Shown one piece after another: positions 47,445 to 57,881 of a stretch of 64,000 nt of DNA. This DNA is from Giardia intestinalis (taxonomy: Eukaryota): the NCBI GenBank assembly GCA_000002435.2, contig CM018791.1. One strand, given 5' to 3'. Position 1 is the first letter of the stretch. Every line of letters starts with the position of its first letter. The translations under genes were made by a program, and so were the position numbers. The notes below the pieces were generated by a model. The model was given only the letters and a program-made list of their open reading frames with translations, was not told the origin of the DNA and ran no database searches.

Positions 47445-49313
47445 ATGGGAGGTGACGAGGTCCATGAGTCCGAGGAGAGCCCGCACGGAATCAATAGCTC
47501 GTCTACGGTACGTCTAAAAACGATGAAAAACGCCTCTTATACATGGAAAGACGTCTTAGGACCGCTAAGTAGAATCTGTCGCGATGCTACCCTTATTAAG
47601 CTCTGTTTGCTCCCAAAAATGCGATTTGTGGCTGCAGCATGCAGAGACCCCATCTTAAAAATGTCCTTCCTTGCCCCGTTGGAGCGCTCAAATCATTCGC
47701 TCCATACAATCTTATCTCCTCATAATTCAAGTTTTTATTCACGTATGTATCACGGGGCCGACTATCTTGGCGATGCATACTTATGCCCCACAGACAGCAA
47801 ACGGACAAAGAAGCACGGGCATGCCATTTTCTACTGCACAACCCAAGCTCCCCGGATACCAGTAGTAGCTGCTCGAATTTACCCCAAGTTAAGTCAGAAT
47901 CTTATAATCACCGTCTCCGGTATTCCACGCGAGCTTATGTTTCCAGACTCCTATGCGATGTACAGGTTTTCTCGTCCACTACTTCGGATGGCTATCTGCA
48001 CTCTGAGCCCTAAGGGGCATATACGTGTAAAAGGAAATGTGTATACCCATCCCTTGTTTGGAAAGCACTTAGATTTGTATGACATCCAAGACCCCTTAAT
48101 CCCCGGAACTGCTATGTTCGAGTCGGACAATCATGAAATCTATATTAGAGCCGATATGCTTGCGCATCAGCGGCTGTTTTTGCTGATAGAATTTACCTTT
48201 TTGGCAGATCTCAATAAGGAAGGGGAGTCTAATATACCTCTCATTGAAGTATCAAGAGGTGTGTCTTTTCTGCGACTTAGTCCCATGGAAGACTTTTCCC
48301 AATCATTTATGGAGGGTGTTCAGCAGTCTATGATGTCTTTACCAAAGCTGTTAGATAAACATGAAGCAAAGATGCAGAGAAGGCGGGCAGACGATGACTT
48401 TATGCGTATTTATGACCTCGTGGACATTTTGAATTTGGTAGGGTGCACAAAAAATGATTCAAAGTTAGTAAAGCTCCTTCAATCTGCTTCTAAAAATGTA
48501 AGCAATCCTAATAAACAAAAGCAAAATCTGCAACAATACTCCCCCGTGGATCAAACATCTATAGAGCTGCCCATATTTGAATTCTCAGTCTCGGATCCTC
48601 TTACAACTCTCGTTGACGGAACAAGCTTCAAACGTTGGAAGTCCAAGCCGAGCAGGTCCTGCTCACTTGTGTTGAAAATAAAACCTATACACATTCGTGA
48701 TGTAGGACCACTGAGTAGACTTCCAGGGACAATGATTGTTCCACCGCGATGTCTATTCTTACTAGATCATATTACGGCAGCATATGCTTCCATGCTTGTA
48801 GGTCCACAATCACATCTCCAGCAAGCTAATCCTCAGTTGGGTCGACTCTGCGTAAGACCAGTTGTAGACGATGGTGACACTAGCGGCCTTGCCGCAATGC
48901 TAAGATCTTCATCTGGCTCTGCTTTGCAATTTCCCGCTGAGATTGCAACCCTTACTGCCATAGTGAAAAGTTTTGGCCGACAGAGAGCGGTCATACAAAA
49001 CGAATATCCCGTGGCACTCTCAGGAAGCGCTCTCCTGTACTTTTTTGCCGCTATATTTGAAGAACGTGTGAACGAGGTGCCCCGGGATCTCAGGTACTAC
49101 ATGAACCAAAGCGTTTTGCTACCAGTGTCCTTAAATATTACTGATAACATATTTCTGGGGACATTCATACGATGTTTAAGATACTTTCAACATTCAATAC
49201 TAAGGGAGATGGCAGCAATGAATTTGAGGAACGAGTGGAGGGGAGATGAGACGACATGGGATAAGGAATATGATCAGATAGTCAGGCTCCTTTCAAAAGG
49301 CCAGTCTTACTGA
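47445..49313 (+). CDS. Hypothetical protein (622 aa), no recognised domain
   Basis: ATG at 47445 (MGGDEVHESEESPHG) with an A-rich leader ggaaattaaaactc. The frame is continuous and codon usage is Giardia-like. The 3' end overlaps the convergent ankyrin gene by 7 nt. Confidence 0.5.
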   Translation: MGGDEVHESEESPHGINSSSTVRLKTMKNASYTWKDVLGPLSRICRDATLIKLCLLPKMRFVAAACRDPILKMSFLAPLERSNHSLHTILSPHNSSFYSRMYHGADYLGDAYLCPTDSKRTKKHGHAIFYCTTQAPRIPVVAARIYPKLSQNLIITVSGIPRELMFPDSYAMYRFSRPLLRMAICTLSPKGHIRVKGNVYTHPLFGKHLDLYDIQDPLIPGTAMFESDNHEIYIRADMLAHQRLFLLIEFTFLADLNKEGESNIPLIEVSRGVSFLRLSPMEDFSQSFMEGVQQSMMSLPKLLDKHEAKMQRRRADDDFMRIYDLVDILNLVGCTKNDSKLVKLLQSASKNVSNPNKQKQNLQQYSPVDQTSIELPIFEFSVSDPLTTLVDGTSFKRWKSKPSRSCSLVLKIKPIHIRDVGPLSRLPGTMIVPPRCLFLLDHITAAYASMLVGPQSHLQQANPQLGRLCVRPVVDDGDTSGLAAMLRSSSGSALQFPAEIATLTAIVKSFGRQRAVIQNEYPVALSGSALLYFFAAIFEERVNEVPRDLRYYMNQSVLLPVSLNITDNIFLGTFIRCLRYFQHSILREMAAMNLRNEWRGDETTWDKEYDQIVRLLSKGQSY

Positions 49314-52300
49314 TCATCCTGACTTTCGGTAGAACAGCTGTATGAAGTTGATGAGGGCGATTCAAGTATCCGAGCCATTTCGTTATAGAGAGCTATTTCT
49401 TGTTCATCAGTACACCCATGCTCTTCTCGCTCCTTCTCGATCCACTTCAGTGGAGTCATTCCGGCAGAGTCACATATGCCTCGCTCATAGTCACTAAGAA
49501 TAGTTACTGAAACGAGGTCATGTAATTGTATCGCCATGATCAGCGCAGTATACCCATCTCGATCCGTTTTCACTCCAGCCTCCAGATCTGCAAGCAATTT
49601 GATGACAGGATGAACTCTTTCCCGAGTTGCATGCATCAGCGCTGTCCATCCATTGACATCTTGCAGTCTTCCTTCGTCTTTCTGGAGCAGCTTGACACAA
49701 TCAACGTTTCCATGGATCGCTGCATACATGAGAGCGGTCATTCCTTTTGTATCTCCAAGTCTTCGTTCATATAGCATAAGTATGATTAAGCTTTCAACTG
49801 AGTCGCATTCTGCTGCGTGCATAAGTGCTGTGCGACCATCCTCGTCCCTAAGTCCGTGCTGGACTTCTACATAACTCCACACGGTGATCACATCATCCTC
49901 TTCTGCAGCCTGGATTAGTTCCGTGAACCGATCGATCTTGTTCTCGGTTTTATTTGTGTGCTCAAATGGGATGGACAGTGGGACACCTTCGTATTCCCTA
50001 AGGACCTTAGCTGCCTGGTAGTGCTCTTCTTTCAGCGCCAAAGAAAGTGCCGTCTCTCCATCGTGGCGTTTTATCATGGCCTCCTTCTCCATGAGTGCAG
50101 GAATCAGCTTACTGCGATTCATCAGTGCCGCAAGCATGAGCGCGGTATTACCATCGTTGTTAGTCTGACCAGCCATGTAGATGTATTTGTTTAACTCACT
50201 GATGTCGTTATTGTAGATTGCAAGCATAAGTGGAGTGTTACCCCGCTCATCTTTAGCGCATTCCTTAGAGCTGAGACCTGTTTCTTCCGAAGATGTGGCC
50301 TCTTCGGCACCGAAGTTGTCAGTGAGGCTTTTCAACAACTCTGAGCGAAGAGCAACCTTATTAATGTAGTGTGTTTTCTCTGATGCATCTGAGACATCGT
50401 TGCCAACGTGTACCGTAAGAATTGGGTTTTTGTCTGCAGAATGGGTCAACTCTTCATCTAACAAAGCCATACTGATAATTTGCATGCGTCTAAGCTCCTT
50501 ACGTAAGTGCTCTATTTCGATTTGGAGGTCGTCGTGTTTTGTTACGGATTCATAAGTTTCCAAAAGTCGATTACCCAATTCCTCGATTGTTAAGGCTGGC
50601 CCACGACTGTGATCTGTCTTAAATGGCTGAGGCTCATGGGACTGTTGGCTTTGTTCTTCATCGGCTACATTTAATTTCGTTAATGTGATACCCGGGGGAT
50701 CAGTAAGAGCATCCAAATCTACACTTCCTTGTTCAGGGACACCCTCTGTTGTGCTGTACTTGCCAGAGTCCATTCGTTTTTTGGTGTTTCTTACGCAATC
50801 CTTGTGCCTATTAGGGGTGGAGGCAGATCCTGTTGAACCACTACTAGACTGAAGCGCCTGGGACAGTTGCGGTCCTCCATGCACTTGCTCCTTCTTTTCT
50901 CTCCTACTACTTTGCTTTTCTAGCTCAACTATTCTAATGTTGAGGGAAGTGTTATTGGTTGCAAGCCTATGAATCTGAGCTTTAGCGTCTAGGAGCTGTG
51001 CTTGTAGGGAGTTATTTGCCGTTTGTAGTGTGCACACCTGTCGTTTTAAATCAGCGGACTCCATACGCAGCCGCTGAATATCCGGGTTGGACGACGGCTT
51101 CTTCGCTATGCTCTCAGCCATCTTGAGCTTCTCACGAGAGCTGAGGGTTTTTTTAGTGTGACCTGACAGTACCGCAACAGTACTTCTGTTGGTATAAGTA
51201 CTCTCATCTTGTTCGTGGACATCACTTATTTTCGAAATGACGGTTGCTTTGTTCGGAGCAGGCTTCGATACCGGCTCTTCAGAGTTTTTCTGGTCACATT
51301 GAATGGCAATATCGTTTAGTTGGCTTCTTCTAGTCTTATGTGCTCGGGTGCATTCCTTCATATGTTTTTTGTACTCTACCCTAAGTTGTTGATATGAAGT
51401 TATCAAACTCATCAGCCTCTCGTAGTCAAGCTTAGATGTTTTCTTGTTAGCTTCTGAGAGTGTGCTTAATTTGGACCTTAGTTCTTCTATGGTTTCGTTC
51501 TGACAATGTATTGTCTCTTGCATAGTTAGAATGTCATATTGCGAAGACCGTTCATTCTCTGCGTCACCATTCCGGCCCTGTTGCTGATGAGCTGTGGGGG
51601 GTGTAGAGTGTATACCTTGCTGCGGAAGCTCTGAGCCGATGGGCACAGAACCGTTATTGCGCGGATTTGACTTTAGGTGGCGAAAATTTCCAGATTCGCT
51701 GCGTCTCGTTGGAGATTGGTCTGGTACGTTTGCTAGGGGTTTAGTAAGAGCAGAATGACTACGTTCAGGGGCAGCCTTATACTGATTAGAAGTTCCATGA
51801 TTCTTGGCTGTATGCTGAGTTCGGCTCAAAGACCTCAGCATGGGGGCGATCTGTTCCTGTGAGGAAGTAGAGCTCTGTGGTTCTTCTTGCGCAGATACCC
51901 CTATCTGTGGAGACAACAAGTACTCACCAGAGCTCAAGTACTGGTTCAGGATATCCCTCGTGTATAAAGTCCCAAGACTGATAGCCAACTCCATTGCATG
52001 CTCAAGATCACGCTTAGTGAATATCTTATGATTTAATAGATACATGACACAGCTGAATTTCCGCTGGATTACTGCATGATCTAACGCAGTCCGCCCCTGA
52101 TAGTCCTTTTCAAAAGAAAGATATGGAAACAAGTATGGGAAGCAGGATATACTGGACGATTGAACGGCGACCATAAGAGGCGTTAGACCGTCAATTGTCC
52201 TTATCCTGTATTCTCGCTCCACAAGAATTCTGCAGACATAAACGTGGTCGTGGCGAACTGATGTGATCAGTGCGCTATCGCCTTTACTGTTTGTGAGGCC

Positions 52301-52480
52301 AGCTTCGGAGTCAATAAGGATTTGGACCATCTGCGAATCATTTCGACGGGCTGCTATTATCAGCCCCGTATCGTCATCTTCTGCACGAGATCTAGCATAA
52401 ACCGACAAATTTGCAAGTACATATTCATAATTTCCTGTACATATAGCCTCAAACCATGCTTGCGTGGCGGGACACGCCAT
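49307..52480 (-). CDS. Ankyrin-repeat / coiled-coil protein (Protein 21.1-like), 1057 aa
   Basis: ATG at 52480..52478 (MACPATQ). N-terminal ankyrin repeats (TGLIIAARRNDSQMVQILIDSE, SALITSVRHDHVYVCRILV, TPLMVAVQ). The central ~450 aa are coiled-coil (IEELRSKLSTLSEANKK..., LQAQLLDAKAQIHRLATNNTSLNIRIVELEKQ). The C-terminal ~330 aa are TALMxAA ankyrin repeats. Confidence 0.75.
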   Translation of the reverse strand: MACPATQAWFEAICTGNYEYVLANLSVYARSRAEDDDTGLIIAARRNDSQMVQILIDSEAGLTNSKGDSALITSVRHDHVYVCRILVEREYRIRTIDGLTPLMVAVQSSSISCFPYLFPYLSFEKDYQGRTALDHAVIQRKFSCVMYLLNHKIFTKRDLEHAMELAISLGTLYTRDILNQYLSSGEYLLSPQIGVSAQEEPQSSTSSQEQIAPMLRSLSRTQHTAKNHGTSNQYKAAPERSHSALTKPLANVPDQSPTRRSESGNFRHLKSNPRNNGSVPIGSELPQQGIHSTPPTAHQQQGRNGDAENERSSQYDILTMQETIHCQNETIEELRSKLSTLSEANKKTSKLDYERLMSLITSYQQLRVEYKKHMKECTRAHKTRRSQLNDIAIQCDQKNSEEPVSKPAPNKATVISKISDVHEQDESTYTNRSTVAVLSGHTKKTLSSREKLKMAESIAKKPSSNPDIQRLRMESADLKRQVCTLQTANNSLQAQLLDAKAQIHRLATNNTSLNIRIVELEKQSSRREKKEQVHGGPQLSQALQSSSGSTGSASTPNRHKDCVRNTKKRMDSGKYSTTEGVPEQGSVDLDALTDPPGITLTKLNVADEEQSQQSHEPQPFKTDHSRGPALTIEELGNRLLETYESVTKHDDLQIEIEHLRKELRRMQIISMALLDEELTHSADKNPILTVHVGNDVSDASEKTHYINKVALRSELLKSLTDNFGAEEATSSEETGLSSKECAKDERGNTPLMLAIYNNDISELNKYIYMAGQTNNDGNTALMLAALMNRSKLIPALMEKEAMIKRHDGETALSLALKEEHYQAAKVLREYEGVPLSIPFEHTNKTENKIDRFTELIQAAEEDDVITVWSYVEVQHGLRDEDGRTALMHAAECDSVESLIILMLYERRLGDTKGMTALMYAAIHGNVDCVKLLQKDEGRLQDVNGWTALMHATRERVHPVIKLLADLEAGVKTDRDGYTALIMAIQLHDLVSVTILSDYERGICDSAGMTPLKWIEKEREEHGCTDEQEIALYNEMARILESPSSTSYSCSTESQDDQ

Positions 52481-52622
52481 CTCAAAATGGTCACTTTAGT
52501 TAAAAGTAATTATGCCCTTGTGGTTCATTATGCGAAAGTTAGCGGAGGCTGCGATAAGGCCGCAGTATTATTTATAAAAATGAAGGTATTTGCCTGCGTG
52601 AGATTCGTACCGCATCAGGGAA
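52481..52622. promoter_or_regulatory. Putative bidirectional A/T-rich promoter between divergent genes
   Basis: A 142-bp spacer (...ttagttaaaagtaattatgccc...tattatttataaaaatgaaggtatttg...) lies between the ATGs at 52480(-) and 52623(+). Confidence 0.35.
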
Positions 52623-55600
52623 ATGACGGCTGTCCAAAATTTAAATTCTAGTAATATGACATCTGTAGGAAAGAGTGAACTCTTGACATGGCTAGCGAAT
52701 AGCGCTGGCTACGCATCTATTTCAGACTGGAGCGTGATGACAGACGGTGTTGCGGTCATGCGATGCATTAGGAAGTTCTGGCCAATCACCTGCAGAGGTA
52801 TCATCACCGGTGGTTTTAACTGGACAATAACTGAGGAAGAAGAGAAGAGGCGAAACTGGAGAGTGATAGAACAGTGTCTTAAAGCTGTGACAGTTCCCAT
52901 TGAAATCTTTGAGTTTGGAAAGATTGCACAAGGAAAGAAAAAGGCATGCTACCACTTCCTCGTCATGATGTACTTTATTGGGGCAATCCACTCTGGGACT
53001 GCAAAGAACATTGCATTTGCATATCCTATTGAGGCACCGTTGAAGGAATTTTTGCAAAGTGAAAGGGTTGTAAAGGTTGCGCAGATGGATGCTCAGAAGC
53101 GGCACCACCAGCGCAAGCCTAAATGTTATAGCACTACTCCAAGTAATTTGACCATGATTGATGCAGACGAGTGTGATGATATATTTGAACCCCTGAACTT
53201 TTCGACAAAAGACTTGGTCAACATCTTTGCGGATACAGATTTTTGCACCAGCCCGAATACCAAGACGCCCAATCGTCATCACCCGTCTGGTCTCGTGCAT
53301 TTGCAACTTGCAGGAGAGAAGGTGAAGAGTGTTCTATCACAGAACATAGCAGCTACTGCAAAAACCGTACGTGAGGGAGAAGAGTATTCTGCCATGTCTC
53401 CCTGCAAGTCTGTCAGTTCGTCCGTTTCTAAGCCCCCAATATCACCTGAAGAGCACCCTGATACTGTTAAATCCTTCAAAACGCGTGAGAGCTCTGTTAC
53501 ATCTTTGCATGGTAGGGAAAGTGTTACAATATCAGAAGGAAGCACATGCAAGCACCGCTCTTCGCAAGACGAATCTTTTCGTTCATGCCCGCAGTTTATT
53601 ACACCTTCTCATTCCATTTCAGAAGACCGCGAAGATATTGCTAAAGAGGAGTTTCAAGCAGTTCATCCCAGCCCTAAAAAACTATCGCCACCAAACTCTT
53701 TTGCTGCCATAAAGGCCGCAGCTACCGCTGCAGTACTTAACGCGAGCAGGGGTCCAATGGAATCATCAACCAGCAGCGTGATACATCAACTTCCAGAACA
53801 GGTCGGCATTCCCTCTATTCAGAATCATGCCATTAGACGATTCATCGCAACATCCAAGCCGTCCCTCAGCGGATCTCCTCGTCCAGCAAGCGAAAAGACT
53901 CCACTATCTCGAAATGATGGCTCGCTTCGCCAAGTATCTGCAAGATCCAGGCCATCAGCCTTTCGGACATCCACAGTTACCCATTCGGGCTGCTCTGCTG
54001 GGATTTCTCCTTCTTGTAGCCCTTCAGTATCTCGCTATATGCGTCTCAATAGCCCATCTACCGGTGTTTCCCGTTTTCACGATAATGGAGCCCATTATCA
54101 GGAATCCGGTTTGAAGATTAACTATCTTTATGACTCTAAAAAAGAAGCTACCAGCTCTATTTCGTCAATATGTTCTTCCATGAACAACTCATCTGCAGCT
54201 ACACTTTCATTATTACAAACAGACGAGAAAGCTCAGGCCTATGTAGAAAAGGTCGGTACGATGTTGCAGCAGTTGAATTCAAAAGATGCTAACACAATTG
54301 AGGTAAAAACGGCCACGTCTTCAAAGCCACCTCATATGGCAGGTTTGGCTCTTCTCTCATTTAGTAATTCAGATGCCTCAGAGGGGGCATCCGATTTGCA
54401 AATGGGGCTCGATACCGGTGCGGCAAATTCATCTAAAGAAGCTAGCACAACAGTAGCCCCCCAAAGAACGTCAAGCGCTAACAGCAATCTACGCTCTAGT
54501 ATGCTCTCCCACACACCCTCAAAATCTAGCACCGCTGATTGCTTTTCCTGCCCTTCAAGCGAAGAAATTAGCAATGAGGTCAATTCTACTGTGAGTTCTA
54601 TGAAGCCACTTGGCGAACAAAAGTCGCTAGCTGACTACGAAAGGGGATCAAGCGTACCTAAAAATCTTCCTCGCTGGCCAAGCAAGAAGGTGACCAAAGG
54701 AATCTCTCCGATTGCACCAACAGATCCTTCTACCAGCACAACCTCTTTTATCAACCAAACTCATGGACTTGATGTTACAAACTCCCTTCTAAACGATACT
54801 AAGCTGACGCTAACAAGCAGTAACACAGTCAACGTCTCTAATATTGTTTCAATGTATAGTTCAGACTGCCCCACCAGTATCCTAAGTTCCGGAATTCAAG
54901 GCTCTGGCATTAGTCTTGTTAGTTCCAGCAATGGAAGCATGGCACCGACGAATACAAGCATGGCAGATGTAGAAAAGGCTACCCAAAGTGTGAAATATCT
55001 TGGGCCATCTTCTGAAAAGCCTGCGGAAACAGACCTTGTTTACGACCTTTCATCTAAGCCTAGCATGGTTAATCTTTTGCATTCTCAATTTGGTGCGTTT
55101 CCAGTTGCAGTTGATAGTAGTACCAGCATTCCAATGGTTATAAGCTCTTTCAGTAGTACTTATTCTCAGCCACCTCCTCCGGCACCAAATCCTAGATCGT
55201 TGGCCATTAATTTACAAAGAGTACACCAAGAAGTATCCTTACCAAGTGCACTACCCCCTGCCGAACAGCGTGAGCTTTCATCTCTTAAAACAAGTGGGGA
55301 TCTGATTAATTGTGGCTCGCCCGTGATAGAGCATACTCAAAATCTCCAGTCATCTACAAGCTTTCCAGATAATATTTCACTGAGTCTTAACGTTGGTGAT
55401 GCATCTAGATATTCAGGGGCCTATCTAACAGGCTCCACAAAGCAATGTCTGCCCTCGTCTGCTTCTGATACGTTTCTGTTTGCCAGCTCCACAAGCGGCC
55501 TTGGACTTACTGGCGGAACACATAGCCTTTTCACTGATTTACAAGAGGCTCGTGAGGGCACAGCAAACATACTCAAGATAACTAATAATATGGATGAACA

Positions 55601-57881
55601 GCACCCTTCTAGTCAGAGCACTCCGTATAGTATTAACACAAGCCTATACACAAGCGAAAGTAACCATAATATTCCCAGCACAGAGTCCTTAGATAAGCAT
55701 AAGGTTACCAGCGGACGACCGCAACCATCCATACCTATTCTGCTTACTTCTGGGAGCATTGCCGATAGACCCTCTTTCATACCTCGCTCTCAGGCCCCTC
55801 CGTCAGCGTCTGTGGGCCAGAGCCAATCGTCGTTGGATCCAGAACAAGTTGCTGACATGGCTCTTATCAAGTCTGTTTGCAACAAATTCAATGACATGGA
55901 AGAGCTATCTCGCCAAAAGGACGTACAAATTGATAGCTATGGAGACCTTCTTGTTAATCTTGAGGAGATGTTCAGAATTTCAAAGGAAGAAGCTGCGAGG
56001 ATTCAAGAAATTTACGACAAAAAGATTAGGTTTTTGGACAAGTTTTCCACCAAAAAGGCATTCATCATTGCACACGCTTTGCACACAGAGTTTCTCAAGA
56101 AGAAGTTCTCTCTCAACGGAGTAGAAGAGAAAGAAGAACTAAAGGACTTCCAGAACATGCTTTTAAGCTATCAGAGTGTAGTTGCAAAATATACAGATGA
56201 ACTGAAGACGTTTGAGGCCTCGTTACGAGACGATCTGTTTTCGTTGTCAAAATTTGAAGAGAAGTATAATGATTTGACAAATAACAAGTACATTGCAGCG
56301 CTTAAAGCGATGAATACAGAGCTTGCCCTAAAGCTTGGACAAGCAACGGAAGAGCTAGCCCAACTAACGAACCTATCCATGAACAATGCATTGTCTAATA
56401 CTAGCCCTGTTGCTGACCTGCATCGCTCAGGCCCCGAGGTTGATTCTCCAGATCTCTGCTTTGCAGCTAGTCGCATACCAGCTGCTGTCACAGAGACTGC
56501 CTTTAGTCATCTTCGCAACCCTACAAATCTTTCTCCATCTTCATCACAGACATCCCAGGTTCTTCAACCAGGTAGCCTAACAATAGACACTTTTATCAAG
56601 ACTCTTGTCATGAATAGTCAGCTCCTCACAAAACTGGAGGACACAATAAGCGAACTGGATAGATACAAAGCACATTCCGGGATAATTGATCCTATCAATA
56701 TGGAGTTGGCTACCTTGGCACTGGCGTCAACTGCTATGACCAGTACTAATCCAGAACATGCTCTCAAAAACTATGAAAGTAGTATCTTGCATGTCTTGCA
56801 ACTGCTGAAAAGTAGCGCCAATCATTATCTAGACCAAGATGCAGCGGCCATCATCATCAAAAACCTTGGGTTGGAAAATGTGGTTCTTCCATCAGTCGTC
56901 AAGTCTATTATAGATCAGCATCGTGACATCTTGCTTGAGTTGACTAGAGATGGTCCCGTTAATGCCACCTGTCCTGCGGCATCTCAGATAGCGAACATAG
57001 CTGCAACGCTTTTTGACGAGGACTCCATAGCTGCCATCTTACGGGAAAATAACATCGACAATACTGAGCGTAATCGATTTTTATACTTACGTTCTGTTGC
57101 GGCACAGCTGCTCTGTTCCGAAAACATTCTTTCCCATAGGCTTAATGCTTCACAGTTATATCTTCAAAACGTAGCCCAGTTCATGCAAAAATATGCCCCA
57201 ACCCTTGCCGGTGGGGTACTGGCAGATGCAGATAGCAGGGAGCGTATAGTAAGCATGGTTAGCGCAGATATTAATAAGCTCCGTACCAATTATGGATCTA
57301 AGCTTCTCAACACTCAATCAGCCGTGGCCCAACTGGTGAGGGAAAATGACTCGCTCAAAGCAGAGTTGCTTCACTATAAACAAATAGTTGGTAGTGCGCT
57401 GACCGACGCGACCCCTATAGCTTCCACTGTCCAACAGCTGAAGCAGCGTGATGCTCTCTTCTTTGAGCTTCTTGGTCTTTATGAAAAACTGCTTCGCGGG
57501 AACAACGGAGAAGAGGAACAGCTGAAATCTTATCTGAACGATATCACGCTCTTTAAGGCAGAACTTCAAAAGAGCACTATCAACTACGAACAGCTTGCAC
57601 GGGACCGTACAAATAGCGTAATCACAGACACTATACACAACTATTTACACGTTGTACAGTCGGAACTAGACGATAGAACAGAGCAGCTAGCGGTTATCAA
57701 AAATAACCTTATAACCGAGCGATCTAACACGGATCTGATTTGCGAACACTCCAGAGTCTTAGAGGACCGCATTGCAAGGTTGGAGGCAGAAAATTACAAC
57801 TTACGACTCTTATCGAAGGAAAGCTCTGTGCATGCAGACCTTTCGTCTCTTATGGCTAGTACGCCTCTGCTCAGCTACTAG
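52623..57881 (+). CDS. Giant (1752 aa) coiled-coil protein with N-terminal calponin-homology domain (Hook/EB1-like)
   Basis: ATG at 52623. Residues ~15-130, SELLTWLANSAGYASISDWSVMTDGVAVMRCIRKFWP...NWRVIEQCLKAVTVP...ACYHFLVMMYF, follow the Hook/EB1 CH pattern (ELL.W.N......I....G.A.CQ...FP....NW+.I...LK...; compare DNFEFVQWFKKFF). The middle ~900 aa are Ser/Thr-rich low complexity. The C-terminal ~600 aa are heptad coiled coil (LKTFEASLRDDLFSLSKFEEKYNDL...RIARLEAENYNLRLLSKE). Confidence 0.6.
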   Translation: MTAVQNLNSSNMTSVGKSELLTWLANSAGYASISDWSVMTDGVAVMRCIRKFWPITCRGIITGGFNWTITEEEEKRRNWRVIEQCLKAVTVPIEIFEFGKIAQGKKKACYHFLVMMYFIGAIHSGTAKNIAFAYPIEAPLKEFLQSERVVKVAQMDAQKRHHQRKPKCYSTTPSNLTMIDADECDDIFEPLNFSTKDLVNIFADTDFCTSPNTKTPNRHHPSGLVHLQLAGEKVKSVLSQNIAATAKTVREGEEYSAMSPCKSVSSSVSKPPISPEEHPDTVKSFKTRESSVTSLHGRESVTISEGSTCKHRSSQDESFRSCPQFITPSHSISEDREDIAKEEFQAVHPSPKKLSPPNSFAAIKAAATAAVLNASRGPMESSTSSVIHQLPEQVGIPSIQNHAIRRFIATSKPSLSGSPRPASEKTPLSRNDGSLRQVSARSRPSAFRTSTVTHSGCSAGISPSCSPSVSRYMRLNSPSTGVSRFHDNGAHYQESGLKINYLYDSKKEATSSISSICSSMNNSSAATLSLLQTDEKAQAYVEKVGTMLQQLNSKDANTIEVKTATSSKPPHMAGLALLSFSNSDASEGASDLQMGLDTGAANSSKEASTTVAPQRTSSANSNLRSSMLSHTPSKSSTADCFSCPSSEEISNEVNSTVSSMKPLGEQKSLADYERGSSVPKNLPRWPSKKVTKGISPIAPTDPSTSTTSFINQTHGLDVTNSLLNDTKLTLTSSNTVNVSNIVSMYSSDCPTSILSSGIQGSGISLVSSSNGSMAPTNTSMADVEKATQSVKYLGPSSEKPAETDLVYDLSSKPSMVNLLHSQFGAFPVAVDSSTSIPMVISSFSSTYSQPPPPAPNPRSLAINLQRVHQEVSLPSALPPAEQRELSSLKTSGDLINCGSPVIEHTQNLQSSTSFPDNISLSLNVGDASRYSGAYLTGSTKQCLPSSASDTFLFASSTSGLGLTGGTHSLFTDLQEAREGTANILKITNNMDEQHPSSQSTPYSINTSLYTSESNHNIPSTESLDKHKVTSGRPQPSIPILLTSGSIADRPSFIPRSQAPPSASVGQSQSSLDPEQVADMALIKSVCNKFNDMEELSRQKDVQIDSYGDLLVNLEEMFRISKEEAARIQEIYDKKIRFLDKFSTKKAFIIAHALHTEFLKKKFSLNGVEEKEELKDFQNMLLSYQSVVAKYTDELKTFEASLRDDLFSLSKFEEKYNDLTNNKYIAALKAMNTELALKLGQATEELAQLTNLSMNNALSNTSPVADLHRSGPEVDSPDLCFAASRIPAAVTETAFSHLRNPTNLSPSSSQTSQVLQPGSLTIDTFIKTLVMNSQLLTKLEDTISELDRYKAHSGIIDPINMELATLALASTAMTSTNPEHALKNYESSILHVLQLLKSSANHYLDQDAAAIIIKNLGLENVVLPSVVKSIIDQHRDILLELTRDGPVNATCPAASQIANIAATLFDEDSIAAILRENNIDNTERNRFLYLRSVAAQLLCSENILSHRLNASQLYLQNVAQFMQKYAPTLAGGVLADADSRERIVSMVSADINKLRTNYGSKLLNTQSAVAQLVRENDSLKAELLHYKQIVGSALTDATPIASTVQQLKQRDALFFELLGLYEKLLRGNNGEEEQLKSYLNDITLFKAELQKSTINYEQLARDRTNSVITDTIHNYLHVVQSELDDRTEQLAVIKNNLITERSNTDLICEHSRVLEDRIARLEAENYNLRLLSKESSVHADLSSLMASTPLLSY

